The notes under the pieces are model-generated. The model was not told where the DNA came from. It ran no database searches and saw nothing but the letters and a program-made list of their open reading frames with translations. Of a stretch of 64,000 nt of DNA, positions 1 to 12,299 are shown one piece after another. The stretch's first letter is position 1; every line of letters starts with the position of its first letter. The stretch is taken from the NCBI RefSeq assembly GCF_000143415.4, contig NW_003314296.1:1401858-1465857 (forward strand), in the 5' to 3' direction. A program made the position numbers and the translations under genes. This DNA is from Selaginella moellendorffii (Eukaryota > Plantae > Lycopodiophyta).

Positions 1-29
1 GAAAACGAAAGCGCTCTATCGGCATTTAC

Positions 30-194
30 CGGATGGTGTTGTCGGTCCGCATCCTGATCCAGTGAGGGATTGGGCGATTCTGGCGCAGCTTCTTGCCCAA
101 TTTCTGCTTGATCCGGAACGTCTTGTGCGACGGCTGCGCAAAATCATAAGCTTCTCAATCCCTGAGCAATCAAACGCGAAGGAAATCATACCAT
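30..194 (-). CDS. RPL39: 60S ribosomal protein eL39, 5' part (exon 1 = ATG only at 194-192; exon 2 = 133-30; continues beyond the window start)
   Basis: Spliced translation [36 protein letters not shown] matches eL39; GT/AG boundaries at 191/134 and a donor at 29. Confidence 0.93.
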
Positions 195-248
195 GGCGGC
201 AGGGGCAGCGCTCGCTCTCTCCCGAAAATGTGGGGCTCCGCCGCAATC

Positions 249-352
249 AAACCCTAGCGCGTGAGCCCTAACCCTAGCTAGCACTTTAAAGTAACGTGGC
301 GAGTGACGTGGTAAAAACGTGGCGACATTTTTTGCCAACGCACATGCCACGT
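249..352. promoter_or_regulatory. RPL39 promoter: telo-box(es) and a cluster of ACGT/G-box-like elements
   Basis: AAACCCTAG at 249-257, TAACCCTAG near 269, and four ACGTGG/CCACGT motifs in 294-352 directly upstream of a ribosomal protein gene. Confidence 0.55.
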
Positions 353-466
353 AGACTTTCAGCTGAAAACGGCCTGTACATATTACTTCACTGAAGAGAA
401 AAAAGAACGAACGAAACGAGAGAAAGAGAGGAAAAAAAGAAAACTATCGAGGAAGAAGATCGATCA

Positions 467-3400
467 TTACGGCTGCTGTTGTTGTTGCTGCTGCTGCTGG
501 TTGATCCCCACACTCGCCGCCTTCTTGCTGCTCACAAGGTAGCCATTCCTCGAGTGATGCAAGCCTTCGAGCGTCTTGGCCTCGAGCTCCGCGATCGACT
601 TCTGGAGGAGCTGCTCCTTGCGCTGCTGCTCCAGCGTAGTCAATCCAATCTCGCCCTCCGAGCAAGCCTGCTTGTGATGCACCAGGACGCTGCTCGTCGT
701 CGCCGATCGCTCCACTCCCCTGCTCGAGGCCTTGTCTCTCTCGCAAATCCCACCACCAATCCTCAGAGCCTGCCGCTGCTCCAGCGATCCCTGTTGCTGC
801 TTCCCCGGCTCTACAGCTTCTCTACCACTAAACTCTCCCACCATCTCGGAGCTCGGCCTCTCCGAGCACGTCGCGTCCACGAATCTCTCCGAGCCGTCGA
901 ACAGCGTCTCGTATCTCAGCGCGCCCGGCTCGCAAAGCCCATTCTCCTTCCTGCCCGTCGCGTCTTGTTGGCTGAGGAAGCTACACTCGGGCCACGTCCC
1001 CGCCGGCTTGAGCGTCCGTTCCAGCTCCGGAGCTAGCGACGTTGCCTTGGCTATGTCCACCAAGTCGGCGAAGCAATCGTTGCTGCATGAAGCGGACGAT
1101 GGACTCGACGGCGGCCTGTGGTGGTCTTCCACTGCTCTCTCCTGGTCGAAGAAGCAAAATCCTTCGTCGGGCTTGCACACGGCGCTCAAAGAAGTTGATG
1201 GTGACGACGAAGTGCCGGCTGTGCTGATCCTGTAGGCTGTGGACGTCTCCCCAGCGTCGCAGTCGAATGGAAGAGCTTCTTGAGCTGCAGTGTCCACCGC
1301 CTGCGAAGCCACCAGTTGCTGCAAGTCGAAGTCCGTGTCCAGCAGCCGGCTCAACGAGTCCATGTTTTGGTTGTGCGGGCTGGACTGAGGAGAGCTCAGG
1401 CTGCTACTGCGCTTGCACCGGCACCTATTCCTTATCTCCAAAAGAGCCGACTCGTGCTTCCTTTGCAGCTCCCTCAGCTCCTGCTCTTGTCGCAGCGCTA
1501 GCAGCTTTAACTCCCGGGCAATGGACTCATCTTGCTCGGCCGAACTTGTTGTAACCGCGGCTACTGTTGTTGTTGTTGCTGCTGCTACTGCTGCTACTGC
1601 TATGTCGGAGCTACCTTCTGGACCGCTAACTGCATCCTCCGAGGTCTCCACCACCATCTGCTGCTCTGGACACCCGCTGCTCTTGATGGTAACCAGCACC
1701 TCGTTGCAGCCAGCCCCGTCCGAGTCCACGTTTTGATGCTCCACAATCTTGAGAAGATTCGTTGGCGTCTGCTCGGTTTTCACGTCCAAGCAAAAGGTTC
1801 CCTGACAGGTTGCCACCGGAGAGCTGACTTCTCCTGTGAGATCCCAGTCATCGCCATCCTCGCGAATTTCCGAGGAACCACTTGAGAAGATGTGAGGTGC
1901 ATCATACTGGTCGGATCCTTCCGGGTGATATGTGACCTCTTCAAATCTGCCGTGCATGGAGGACGAAGTGCCCTCCAGTCGAGGAGAATACGACAAGGGC
2001 CCTGTTCTCGGAGACCGTGATTTCACACTTGCTTGACCAGCCTCAACAGTCGGACTTTCGGTTCGTGTTTCGTCGTCCGAGGTCGCGTCTACTGCAGAAG
2101 GTGACTCAACTTCCTCCGGTACAGACACTTGAGCTACCGACGGACTTTCTTCTCTCGCTTGTGCTTGATCATCCACCTCTGTCACACCATTGTCCTCAAA
2201 AGAAGCCCCGGGTCGCCAGTCGGGAACCAAAGCCACGATTGCCGCATCAATCATTTCAGCGATGGTTGTGACATCCTGGTCTGAGAGGTCGAGTTCGGCA
2301 ACCATTTCACTGGCGACACTCATAGCTGTGTCCCCTTCAATGGAAAACGGAAAGTGGATGTTTCGAACGTGACCTGTAAAGCGAAAAGTTAAGCTACAGT
2401 GCACATAAAAAGCTGAGACCCACCTTCCAAGTCTGCAATGCGAACTCTCAAAAATATCGTGTCGTCGTCTTTCTTCTTCCCTTTCACCCTGAAGTCTCTG
2501 CTTCGTTTTCCTTCTTCCCTGAAAGAAACTCCCTTCTGATAGCTTCCAAGGCCGCCTTGATCTGAATCCGTCTGGCTTTGCTCAGGGCTAGAAGCTCCAA
2601 AAGGAGCGTCGTCACCCTCTTTATTTTCATCGCTCGTTCGGGCGGCGTCACCCATGATTCCGTCCCTGGTCGGAGAAGCTTCGGTTCTCCTGCTGGTCGA
2701 ATCAACGGACCCAGGTCTGCACGACGGCTCCTCTTTGATCGTTGAGAGACCTTCCATATCGTCTGCTCTTGATGTTGAGCGGGATATCGGTGGTACCAAC
2801 TCAAGCGGTTCGCGGTCTTCACTCTGAAGAAACGGGTCCATGAGTAGCTCTCTTGCTGGGAGCCTTTTGGAGACAGTCGCCAGGCATTTCTCAATAAAAG
2901 CTCGGACTTCCAGATCCTTCACTCTGTCAAGTGCAGCTGGCTTCTTCCCCTGATGAAACAGCGGTCAAGTCAAATGTTAATTTAGTGCTAACACGAGAAC
3001 TTACGGAGGTCACTTTCTTATATATCTGTGCTGCATTCGTACATTCGCTGTAGGGATACTCGAAAGTGACCATCTCCAACAAGCACATTCCAAACGAGTA
3101 AATGTCCACTAGCTCATTATATTCTTCTTCATACAGCTCAGGAGCCATAAACTCAGGTGTTCCTGTAACAAAAAACGCTGCTATTTAAAAGACCGTAACA
3201 CCGGAGCTTACCAATGACACTGTGTGCTGCATGCGCCTGTCGCAAGATAGCTGCAAGCCCAAGGTCTCCAATCTTCACTTCCCCCTGGTTCCCATTCACA
3301 AAGATATTGTCGCACTTTAAATCCCTGTGAATAATAGGAGGATTATGACTGTGAAGATAGAGCAAGCCGCGTAGTATTTGCTTTGCCCAATTCTTGACCG

Positions 3401-4034
3401 CTCTCATGTCGACATGCTTGTGCTTCTTGCGATACCTTCACACAAAAGACGATCACATGAGCTTCGAGAAACAATTACTAGATATCAAAACATACTGTCG
3501 CAAAGTGCCAGACGTGAAAATCTCCGTGATGAAGTTGACATTCTTCGTCTTGGTATCAACCCACGAGTTGTAGAGCTTGATGATGTTCTTGTGCTTCAAG
3601 GATTTGAGAAGATGAACCTCGGAGTAGAGACGCTCCAAATCCTCGGGGCTTTGCAGCACATCTTCCACCTTAACTTGGTTCCACGCCACCTCAATCCCGT
3701 CAACTTCATCGAAAGCCCTGTATCTGCGGAAACAAAGACAATTAAACAGAAACAAAACCTCTCTAAGTACCAAGAAGAAGCAAAAGTTTTTTTTGTTAAG
3801 CTAACTTACACAGTCTTAAACGCTCCCTTCCCAAGAATTTCATTATACTGCACACGCCAGACAAAAACCTTTAAAAAGCTACCAGAGAGATTTTAAGCGA
3901 TCAAAGCTTACCCGACCATATCGCCCTGTTGGATCACGCTCCACAAACTCGGCTTCCTCGTCCTCCCCTTCCTTGCCAGATTTTGATTCGTTGCGAGCTT
4001 CTTGCGGATGATCCTCTGGTTTCTTATCCGTCAT
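467..4034 (-). CDS. WNK: WNK (With-No-Lysine) Ser/Thr kinase, multi-exon, with a long low-complexity C-terminus ending in poly-Q
   Basis: Exons encode [87 protein letters not shown] and the autoinhibitory-type [24 protein letters not shown]; ATG 4034, TAA 469-467. Confidence 0.93.
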
Positions 4035-4602
4035 CTCGTCTTGCTAGCAACTAACCCTAGGACACAAACCCTAGCACCCGGAAGAACCTGGAAGAAACGA
4101 GCCCGGATCAGCCAGATCGAATGCCGATGCGCGATCGGCAGCGCGATAATCCGCCGATCCAAGCACAAGGCCAGGGACCGGGCTACTCTCGTTCATCTCG
4201 CGAAATGGCGCGCATCCCGCCGGCGAAATCTTTGATCTTGATCTTCCCGCGGCGATGGAGAGGAGAAAGAGGGAAGAGGAGGAGGCGATCGCGAATTACG
4301 CGGCGGTGGATCTAGAGGTATCCAAGAGAATGCCGGGTCCGCCAAGCGCCGCTCCATGCTGCTGCTCCTCCTCGCCCAGACCTAAGCTGCGGCGTGAGTG
4401 CCATGAATCACGTCCACGTTTTTTGCCCCGGGAAGGGAATCGAACCCGTGACCCGGCTATGAAAAAGAGACAAAAGGCTAGCGGATAATAAGTAACTTTA
4501 TCTCTTTACCGGCTTTATCCCGGCAAGTTGACACTTTCTTCGCGATTTGCATGTTCTTCATGCTGGCTCGAGTATATCTATATCGAAAATGGAGAGATTT
4601 CT

Positions 4603-6819
4603 TTAGTTCCCGGGAGTGTTTAAAGTTACCTCTTTTCTCCACATTTTCTGGAAGATCTCGTCGTCAACAATCGCAGTGGCGGACTCGTAGCTCAGGCAGC
4701 GTTTCGAGAAAGCACTCAAGGCACGCTTATCTTTGGCGCTGGATTTCTACATAAGACAAAGAGAAATGTGTGTGTGAGAGAGAGAATTGAGTGGTTAACC
4801 ACTTACGAAAGACTTCTTTTTGCGTATGATCTCCGCAACGTAGTGTATCCACACGCTGTTATTCTTTGGGAAACTACAATCAAAACGCAATCACTTCGCT
4901 GTCGATCAGAATCGTTAAACACTTGCCTGCCTTCCCATTGTCCGCCTGTTATATCTTTCATTCTTCTATACGTGTCAGCCTGCAAAATAAAAAGAATCAA
5001 GAAATGAATAACAGTGAACTTCCTGTTGGCTACCTGGACGTCTCCCTTTGGTCCTTCAAACCACGACGGATCTGACAAGTCACAGAATACGACTTGCTTT
5101 CCTGGGACAAAAATCAAGAAATGAAAGCCATTGTCATTGTCAAGAAAGAAAGCCGCATGACTGAAGGAACGTACCTGTGTCAATGCGGGATAAAGTAAAA
5201 TCTATCAATGCCACTGATAAACCGTGCGTATTCACTAGAAAATGCCTGTTTTCTAATCTGAAGTCAAGCTGCTCGTGTTGATCCCTGGACAAGACAATGT
5301 TGCCCCTGCACTACAAAAATTAGACACAACTTAAGAGAATAAACTCCTCGTACCAGTGCAAGTCCCGATGCTCGAAACCATATGCCTGCTCCGCAACTGC
5401 AAGCGAGAGAACAACCTGCGACAGAGTTATTGCTTGTTTGCTTGAGAAGCGAAGCTCACATACCTGTAGCAATAGGCTTTTAACTTCCTCATAGTTGAGG
5501 AGCTCAAAGCTTTCCAAGTCCGTGCCTCCGTCAGCAAGGACAAAGACAACATAAAGCTGACACAGATGTCAATAGATTTAATATCCAAGCCTTGCAGTGG
5601 CGACCAAACCTGTTCTTCCGGAAACGCCAATGGCTGATCGTTTTCAGAATTATGTTGTGTGTCCCACTTCTTCCACGCACGCACCAAGTTCTTATCNNNN
5701 NNNNNNNNNNNNNNNNNNNNNNNNNNNNNNNNNNNNNNNNNNNNNNNNNNNNNNNNNNNNNNNNNNNNNNNNNNNNNNNNNNNNNNNNNNNNNNNNCGCC
5801 ATTGACTTTAAAACTCCCGTCCATGGGAACGACTTTGAAAACATTCCCATTGCCTTTGTAAGCCTCTCCAAACGTCCCTTCTCCTATCTTCACTATTGTT
5901 TTCAGATCACTTAGCACAGATAAAACGAGTTAGTCCGGAAAAAAAATAACCGAAAATACCCACCAAAACTCTGAAAATCCTTGTGAAAGGCTGACAATAC
6001 TTTCCTGGTCCGACTCGTGTAGCAGGATGTCTATCATCGACATTGTGGGAAGCTCTGCAACTGGTTTCGAAATGCTTAAGCATTCCAGGTCCGATATAAG
6101 AGCGTCCATGGGCCTTGGTCTCAACACACCACGGACGGGAGGTGTTCTTAAGGCAGCGCTCAAAAGATCCTCTGGACTCGCAAAAATCTCCTCCGGAACA
6201 GCTTCCAAATGTCCATCCCTCGCAGGAAGAAAGCACGTACTGCCTTCGAAAATTGATCTCCGAGTAAAAGTTTTGGGAGAAGGACTCTCCTCCTGGAGCT
6301 CGAACGCATCCACTTCGGCAAAATGTGCTTGCTTCTCTCGAACAAAAGTGGCTGGAGGCTTCGAAGGAACCACCCTTCTCTGGGATCCATGAAAAAACTC
6401 AGGAACTCTCAAAAACCTGGAAAAACCCAAAGACTTACTTTCATCTGGGCCGAAAAACGTTGCAGCGGACAAGGTATCTTATGGTGCGCAAAATCCTTTT
6501 GAAAGACCACGCTTGTTCGTCTTGAAGAATCCAATCCACGAGTAAAGATAAAAGAAGAACACCGGAAAATCTCACCTGGAAGAAAGGCAGCGATCGATCC
6601 AGCTCTTGGTATGCGTTGTCTTCCTCTTCCCCTCATCGGCGGCGCCTCCATCCTTGGCCTTGCCGCGCCGCTTAAACACAGCAGCTGGCTTCTTCCTCTC
6701 CAATCTCGCGAAATCCCCATCTGGCCGATGGATCAAGATCCCAACAACACTAGCAGCGGTGAAAAGAACACACCTGGGAACAGCGCCTCCTCCGCCATGT
6801 CCAAGCTCAGCTCCTCCAT
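4603..6819 (-). CDS. Haspin-like Ser/Thr kinase, multi-exon, interrupted by assembly gap 5697-5796
   Basis: KIGEGTFGEAYK, LAVAEQAYGFEHRDLHW-GNIV, DFTLSR, FEGPKGDVQ-ADTYRRMK and FAEVDAFEL motifs; start and end inferred from splice sites. Confidence 0.88.
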
Positions 6820-7017
6820 CGCTAGGGCTCAAGCATTTTGAATTTTGGGCGGGAAAGGGTTTAGGGCATACACGTGGACAGAAAATGGCATAAAGAGTAT
6901 CGGGAATCTTTGCTGGATTAGTGTTCTTTGCGTGGGCTGTTTTCTAGGTGACAATGACAATAAAAAGGTCTTGGACGATGTTTCTCTGCTATTCTCCTCT
7001 AGAATTTGGGATCGTTC

Positions 7018-8150
7018 ATGGGTCTTCCAAATTTCAATTTGCTAGTGCTGATTATCAATGAGAATGTGTTGATCATATTTGCTAGTAAGTCTTCACCTGT
7101 GTTTTCCTTTTGATTAAATCTATGCGTTGCAGCTTTTAGTGCTGTGTGCTTGAAAGACTACATCAAAGCAGGAGTTTTAGTTTGTTTGTTCTTGCTTGGA
7201 AACTGGATCATAGCTTGGTCTGAGGCGAATAACAAAGATCACGTAAGAATTCCCAATCTCTTCATTTGATTTTACATACTCTTGTCCAACAGATCAACAT
7301 CTCCAATGATCTAGAATCCGCATCATTTGTGAAAACCACAAGCTCGTCTCGTAAGATAGAATCTCATAACAACAAATCTGGGGAGACAGTCACAACAATG
7401 GTCACCGAAGAAGCAAAGCTCTTCAAGCGATCACCGATTATAGACTTCTTTGCAAAATATCATACCCCAGGTTAGAAAACATTCTAAGAACATCACGAAA
7501 TCATTGATATTAAGAAAATCACTATTGTGCGTGCCTGTGCAGCCATGATCTTAGCTACAGCACTGGTCCCTCTCGTGCTGGACACGAGCAATAAAAAACA
7601 ATGGCTTTACTCGTCGCTCGTCGTAAGCCCATGCGCTCTTGTGATCTCTAGCACAGTCACAACCACTGTTGCAAAAGCCCGAGCTGCGCAATTGGGTCTT
7701 GTGATCCAGGGCGGTGCTGGCTGCCTCACGGCTCTCGCAAGGCTCAAGATCCAGAAGGAGAAACTCCGGGAGGTATCGAACAAGAAGGGCGAGATCACTG
7801 TGACATGCGAGGATGGCGATGGCAGCAGCGAGCATGCGCGGCCAAGTCTCGAGCCCGACGAAGTTGCCATGCTCACATCGGCAGCTTGGATTGGGAGAGA
7901 GTATGTTGCGGCAGTCTCTTCTTGCAATCTCTTCTTGCTCGTCACAAAGATGCTCGTCACGGGGTTTGTGGTTGCTGGCTACATTCCAGCGCTTGGGGCA
8001 GTGGCCCTCATTGCAGATCTTGGAGCTTGCACGGCGGTGGCTTTGAGAGGATTTGTCACACTCTTGTTGGTCGAGGAGAAGGGAGCTTCTCGACGAGATC
8101 TGGAAGAGCGGAAACAAGGTGAATGGGACTTGAGGACTCCGTTGCTTTAG
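7018..8150 (+). CDS. Mini-HMA copy 1: membrane-core-only derivative of a P1B-2 (HMA2/4-like) heavy-metal ATPase, 320 aa (exons 7018-7084, 7133-7242, 7293-7470, 7543-8150)
   Basis: Phase-consistent GT-AG introns give an open frame. Segments INENVLIIFA / LKDYIKAGVLVCLF / IDFFAKYHTP / VVSPCALVISS..AAQLGLVIQG / VTKML..IADLGAC align to HMA M1-M6. No TGES, DKTGT or GDGxND motif. Confidence 0.78.
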
Positions 8151-8604
8151 AATTCTCCAAATTGAAAGCAGAGTTAAGAATAGTGTATATGTATACATAA
8201 ATTCATAAATAAAAATGACAATACTTTACCAAATGAGCATGGTAGTTTGTAACTTTTGGAATACTCTTAAATAAATTGCTATACTTTGCATGTAGCAGTA
8301 GTGTTATTCTTATTTATTAATTTAATTGATTAAATAAAGTTTATAATTATAAGCATGTTTGTAATTTATAAACATAAGATTAATCTTATTGCCATTACAT
8401 GATAAAATAAATAGAATATACTGGAAAGGTTTAAGAAATTTTATAAATTATAAACAAGTCATCACAGGTTTGCTTAAGCAAACCAAAAATTAAGCTAATT
8501 ACTTGTAGAGTTTATGGCATATCGTGTTCTGTTTCCTAAGTGACGATGTTTCTCTAGAACTTTGGCTGTGTATTCTCCTCTAGAATTTGGGAAATCGTTC
8601 ATTC

Positions 8605-9657
8605 ATGGCTCTTGCACAAGTTGATTTGCTGTTGCTGATTATCAATGAGAATGTGTTGATCATATTTGCTTGTAAGTCTTCACCTGTGGTTTCCTTTTGA
8701 TTAAATCTATGCATTGCAGCTTTTAGTGCTGTGTGCTTGAAAGACTACACCAAAGCAGGAGTTTTAGTTTCTTTGTTCTTGCTTGGAAACTGGATCATAG
8801 CTTGGTTTGAGGCGAAAAAAAAAGATCACGTAAGAATTCCCAACATCTGCATTTGATTTTGCATACTCTTGTCCAACAGATCAACATCTTCAATGATCTA
8901 GAATCCGCATCATTTGTGAAAATCACAAGCTCGTCTCATACCAAGATAGAATCTCATAATAACAAATCTTGGGAGACAGTCACAACAATGGTCACCGAGG
9001 AAGCAAAGCTCTTGAAGCGATCGCCGACTATAGACTTCTTTGCAAAATATCATACCCCAGGTAAATTGCTCTACTAAATCATTGATATTAAAAAAAAAAA
9101 TTCACTATTGTTTGTTCGTGCCTGTGCAGCCATGATCTTAGCTACAGCACTGGTCCCTCTGGTGCAGCAATCGAAAACACTGGCTTTACTCGTCGCTCGT
9201 CGCAAGCCCATGCGCTGTTGTGATCTCTAGCACAGTCACAACCACCCGAGCTGCGCAATTGGGTCTTGTGATCCAGGGCGGTGCTGGCTACCTCACGGCT
9301 CTCGCAAGGCTCAAGATCCAGAAGGAGAAACTCCGGGAGGTATCGAGCAACAAGGGCGAGATCACTGTGACATGCGAGGATGGCGATGGCAGCAGCGACC
9401 ATGGGCGGCCAAGTCTCGAGCCCGACGAAGTTGCCCTCTTCTTGCTCGTCACAAAGATGCTCGTCACGGGGTTTGTGGTCGCTGGCTACATTCCAGCGCT
9501 TGGGGCAGTGGCCCTCATTGCAGATCTTGGAGCTTGCACGGCGGTGGCTTTGAGAGGATTTGTCACACTCTTCTTGGTTGAGGAGAAGGGAACTTCTCGA
9601 CGAGATCTGGAAAAGCAGGAACAAGGTGAATGGGATTTGAGGACTCCGTTGCTTTAG
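8605..9657 (+). pseudogene. Mini-HMA copy 2, frameshifted near-identical duplicate of copy 1
   Basis: Same exon layout (8605-8671, 8720-8829, 8880-9060, 9130-9657). An 8-nt deletion near 9164 shifts the frame to TAG at 9228-9230, and there are further in-frame deletions relative to copy 1. Confidence 0.75.
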
Positions 9658-9772
9658 AATTCTCCAAGTGTTTGCCTTCAAATTGAAAGCAACCAAAAGT
9701 GTGGTGATGCTACAGTTAAGAATAGAGCGTATATGCTGAATACATGTGTTTACAAAATGACAATACTTAGTT

Positions 9773-9808
9773 TGTATGTATGTATGTATGTATGTATGTA
9801 TGTATGTA

Positions 9809-9853
<45 letters not shown>
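9773..9853. repeat. Compound microsatellite (TGTA)n(AT)n
   Basis: Directly visible. Confidence 0.95.
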
Positions 9854-9857
<4 letters not shown>

Positions 9858-10734
9858 TCTTATAAACTGAAAATATTTATATTTAGTTTCAGATTTTTCT
9901 AGTCATTAATATAAGACAGCCAAAAGATCATGAATTGCAATCTCAGAAGTTCTTACCACAATTAATATACATATTCTCATATCATACAATTATATTTATA
10001 CATTTAATTTTTATTTCACTTAGCAATAATGTATGGTTTACTTTGAATTTTACCAATTTATAATATAAAATTTAAATAACAAAAGGCAATATATTCACAT
10101 AGGTTTCAACTTGACTTGGAGACTGAGGTCTCTTAACTATAAAATAGAAGCTTTTATATTTTACAGAATATATGAAGTTATTCTTAAATAACTAGATAAT
10201 AAATAAATAATAATAAAAAAAAAATTTTAAGCGTCAAATTCTGTTCCTTCCACTAGTTTTAAATATTGTTAAATATACTTTTCTTTTTAGATATATAAAT
10301 TGTTATAATAGAGAAGTGTCCAAAACAATATAAATTTCGTTAAATGTAATTGACATGCACAATATTAAGTAGAGGAATTTATATACTTGTGAAGTCTTGA
10401 GAGCCCTAAAACACCTATTACAATATTCACAATTGTCCATGAGCATGACATCAAATAGTATATTAACAAGTGATTCAACATCTAAAACTATTCTAGAAAA
10501 TTTTTTCTTCATTTTGTACAATATTTCTTTCTGCCAAAGGTTTGTAGAACTATTATAAAAAACATGTGATTTTTTTGTACTTTCATATTCAAATTCAATG
10601 AATGCAAAATGTTGTTATGATGGAATGACATTGCTAATGGAATATAGACTTTCAATTACTCTAAGGTCACCAAACTACATGTAGCTGAAAACTACCAACT
10701 TACCCCATTCCCCCTTATTCTTTGAGAAATGACC

Positions 10735-11856
10735 ATGGGTCTCCCAAAAATCAATATGCAATTGTTGATTCTGGATGCCAATATCTTGATCCTTTTTGCT
10801 AGTAAGCAATAGCTCTCATAGGCTAAATCTCTAAACTGAAATTTTGTGCAGCTTTTAACTCTGTGTTCCTTGAAGACTACACCAAAGCAGGAGTTTTAGT
10901 TTCTGTGTTCCTGCTTGCAAATTGGTTCATTGCCTGGTTTGAGGAGAATAATGAAAGATATGTAAGTTGATCAAGTCTTTTCATCTATGTTCTACTAATC
11001 TGGTTCAATAGATTAACCTATTAGACGATCTAGAGTCTGCATCAGTTCAAACCGTTGTGAAAGTTGCAAGTTCTTCTCATACTAACATGAACTATTGCAA
11101 CAACAAAATTAATGTGTTTGTGGAGACATTCACTACAATAATCATGGAGGAAGAAAAACCCTTCAAGCACTCAATGCTTATGAACATCTTTGCAAAATAC
11201 TACAGTTCTGGTAAATTAGTTGAAATTTAAACATCAAAATTATTGCTAAATTACATGAATCTGATGCAGCCACAATCTTAGCTACAGCACTGATCCCCCT
11301 CCTGCTGAGCACAAATAGAAAACACTGGATTTACTCATCACTTGTCATAAGCCCATGCGCCCAAGTAATTTCCAGCACAATGGCAGCAACTTGTGCCAAG
11401 GATCTAGCTGCACGATTGGGTCTTGTGATCCAAGGTGGTACTGGCTGCCTCAAAGCTCTCGCAAAACTCGATATCCAACTTTGTGAGCTATCGAGCAATA
11501 AGAGTGAGATCATCGTGACCAGTGAGGATCACAATATTGGAAGCAATGCCAACTCTGTATGTCACTCGCTTGTTCCTGATGACGTTGTTAAGCTCAGCAC
11601 AGCAGCTTGGATTGGAAGAGAGTACACTACTGCAGTGGCACAAAACAATCTTTTCTTGCTCATCATGAAGATGCTCATAACAGTGTTTGTAGTGGCTGGC
11701 TACATTCCAGCATTTGGAGCAATGGTCCTTATTGTAGACCTTGGGGCTTGCATGGTGGTGATTTTGAAAGGAATCAGCGCCCTCTTGTCAATCCAAGAGA
11801 GCTTTCCAGTGGGGAGGACTCCAAAGGCAAGTGAAATAGTACTATTAAGTTCTTAA
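10735..11856 (+). CDS. Mini-HMA copy 3, diverged intact paralogue, 320 aa (exons 10735-10801, 10852-10961, 11012-11210, 11270-11856)
   Basis: Open spliced frame MGLPKINMQLLILDANILILFA/TFNSVFLEDYTKAGVLVSVF../..FAKYYSS/..VISPCAQVISS..AARLGLVIQG..IMKML..IVDLGAC, with the same intron positions and phases as copy 1. Confidence 0.75.
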
Positions 11857-12299
11857 TATTAATCTTGAAGTAATAATAATTGAGCTTTTCTATTTTTTGC
11901 CCTATCCCTTCACTCTTAGGAGTTTGGCATCATCCTTTTGTTCAGTGGCCCAAAGCTTTAAATTTCATATTCCATTGCCATTGGCACACATATTCAAGGG
12001 TTAGGTTTTGCCCCATGGTAGGAAAATCAAATTTTTAATTGATCATTGTAACAATTTTTATCAAAGTTCACACTTATTACTCCATACTTTTGAATGTAAC
12101 AATATTTTTCAATTAATTAAAGCTCTTTTTGATATATCCTTGAATTTGAGTAATATTGAGATGGGTGACCTCTCAAAAAGTTTTGAACTAAAGAGGTTAC
12201 AAGGATTTGAACTAAAGAGGTTACAAGGATGGATAGAGGTCTTGACTCTGGAGTGGGAACAAATGATAATAATTTTAAAGCAAGAATAATGATATAAAT

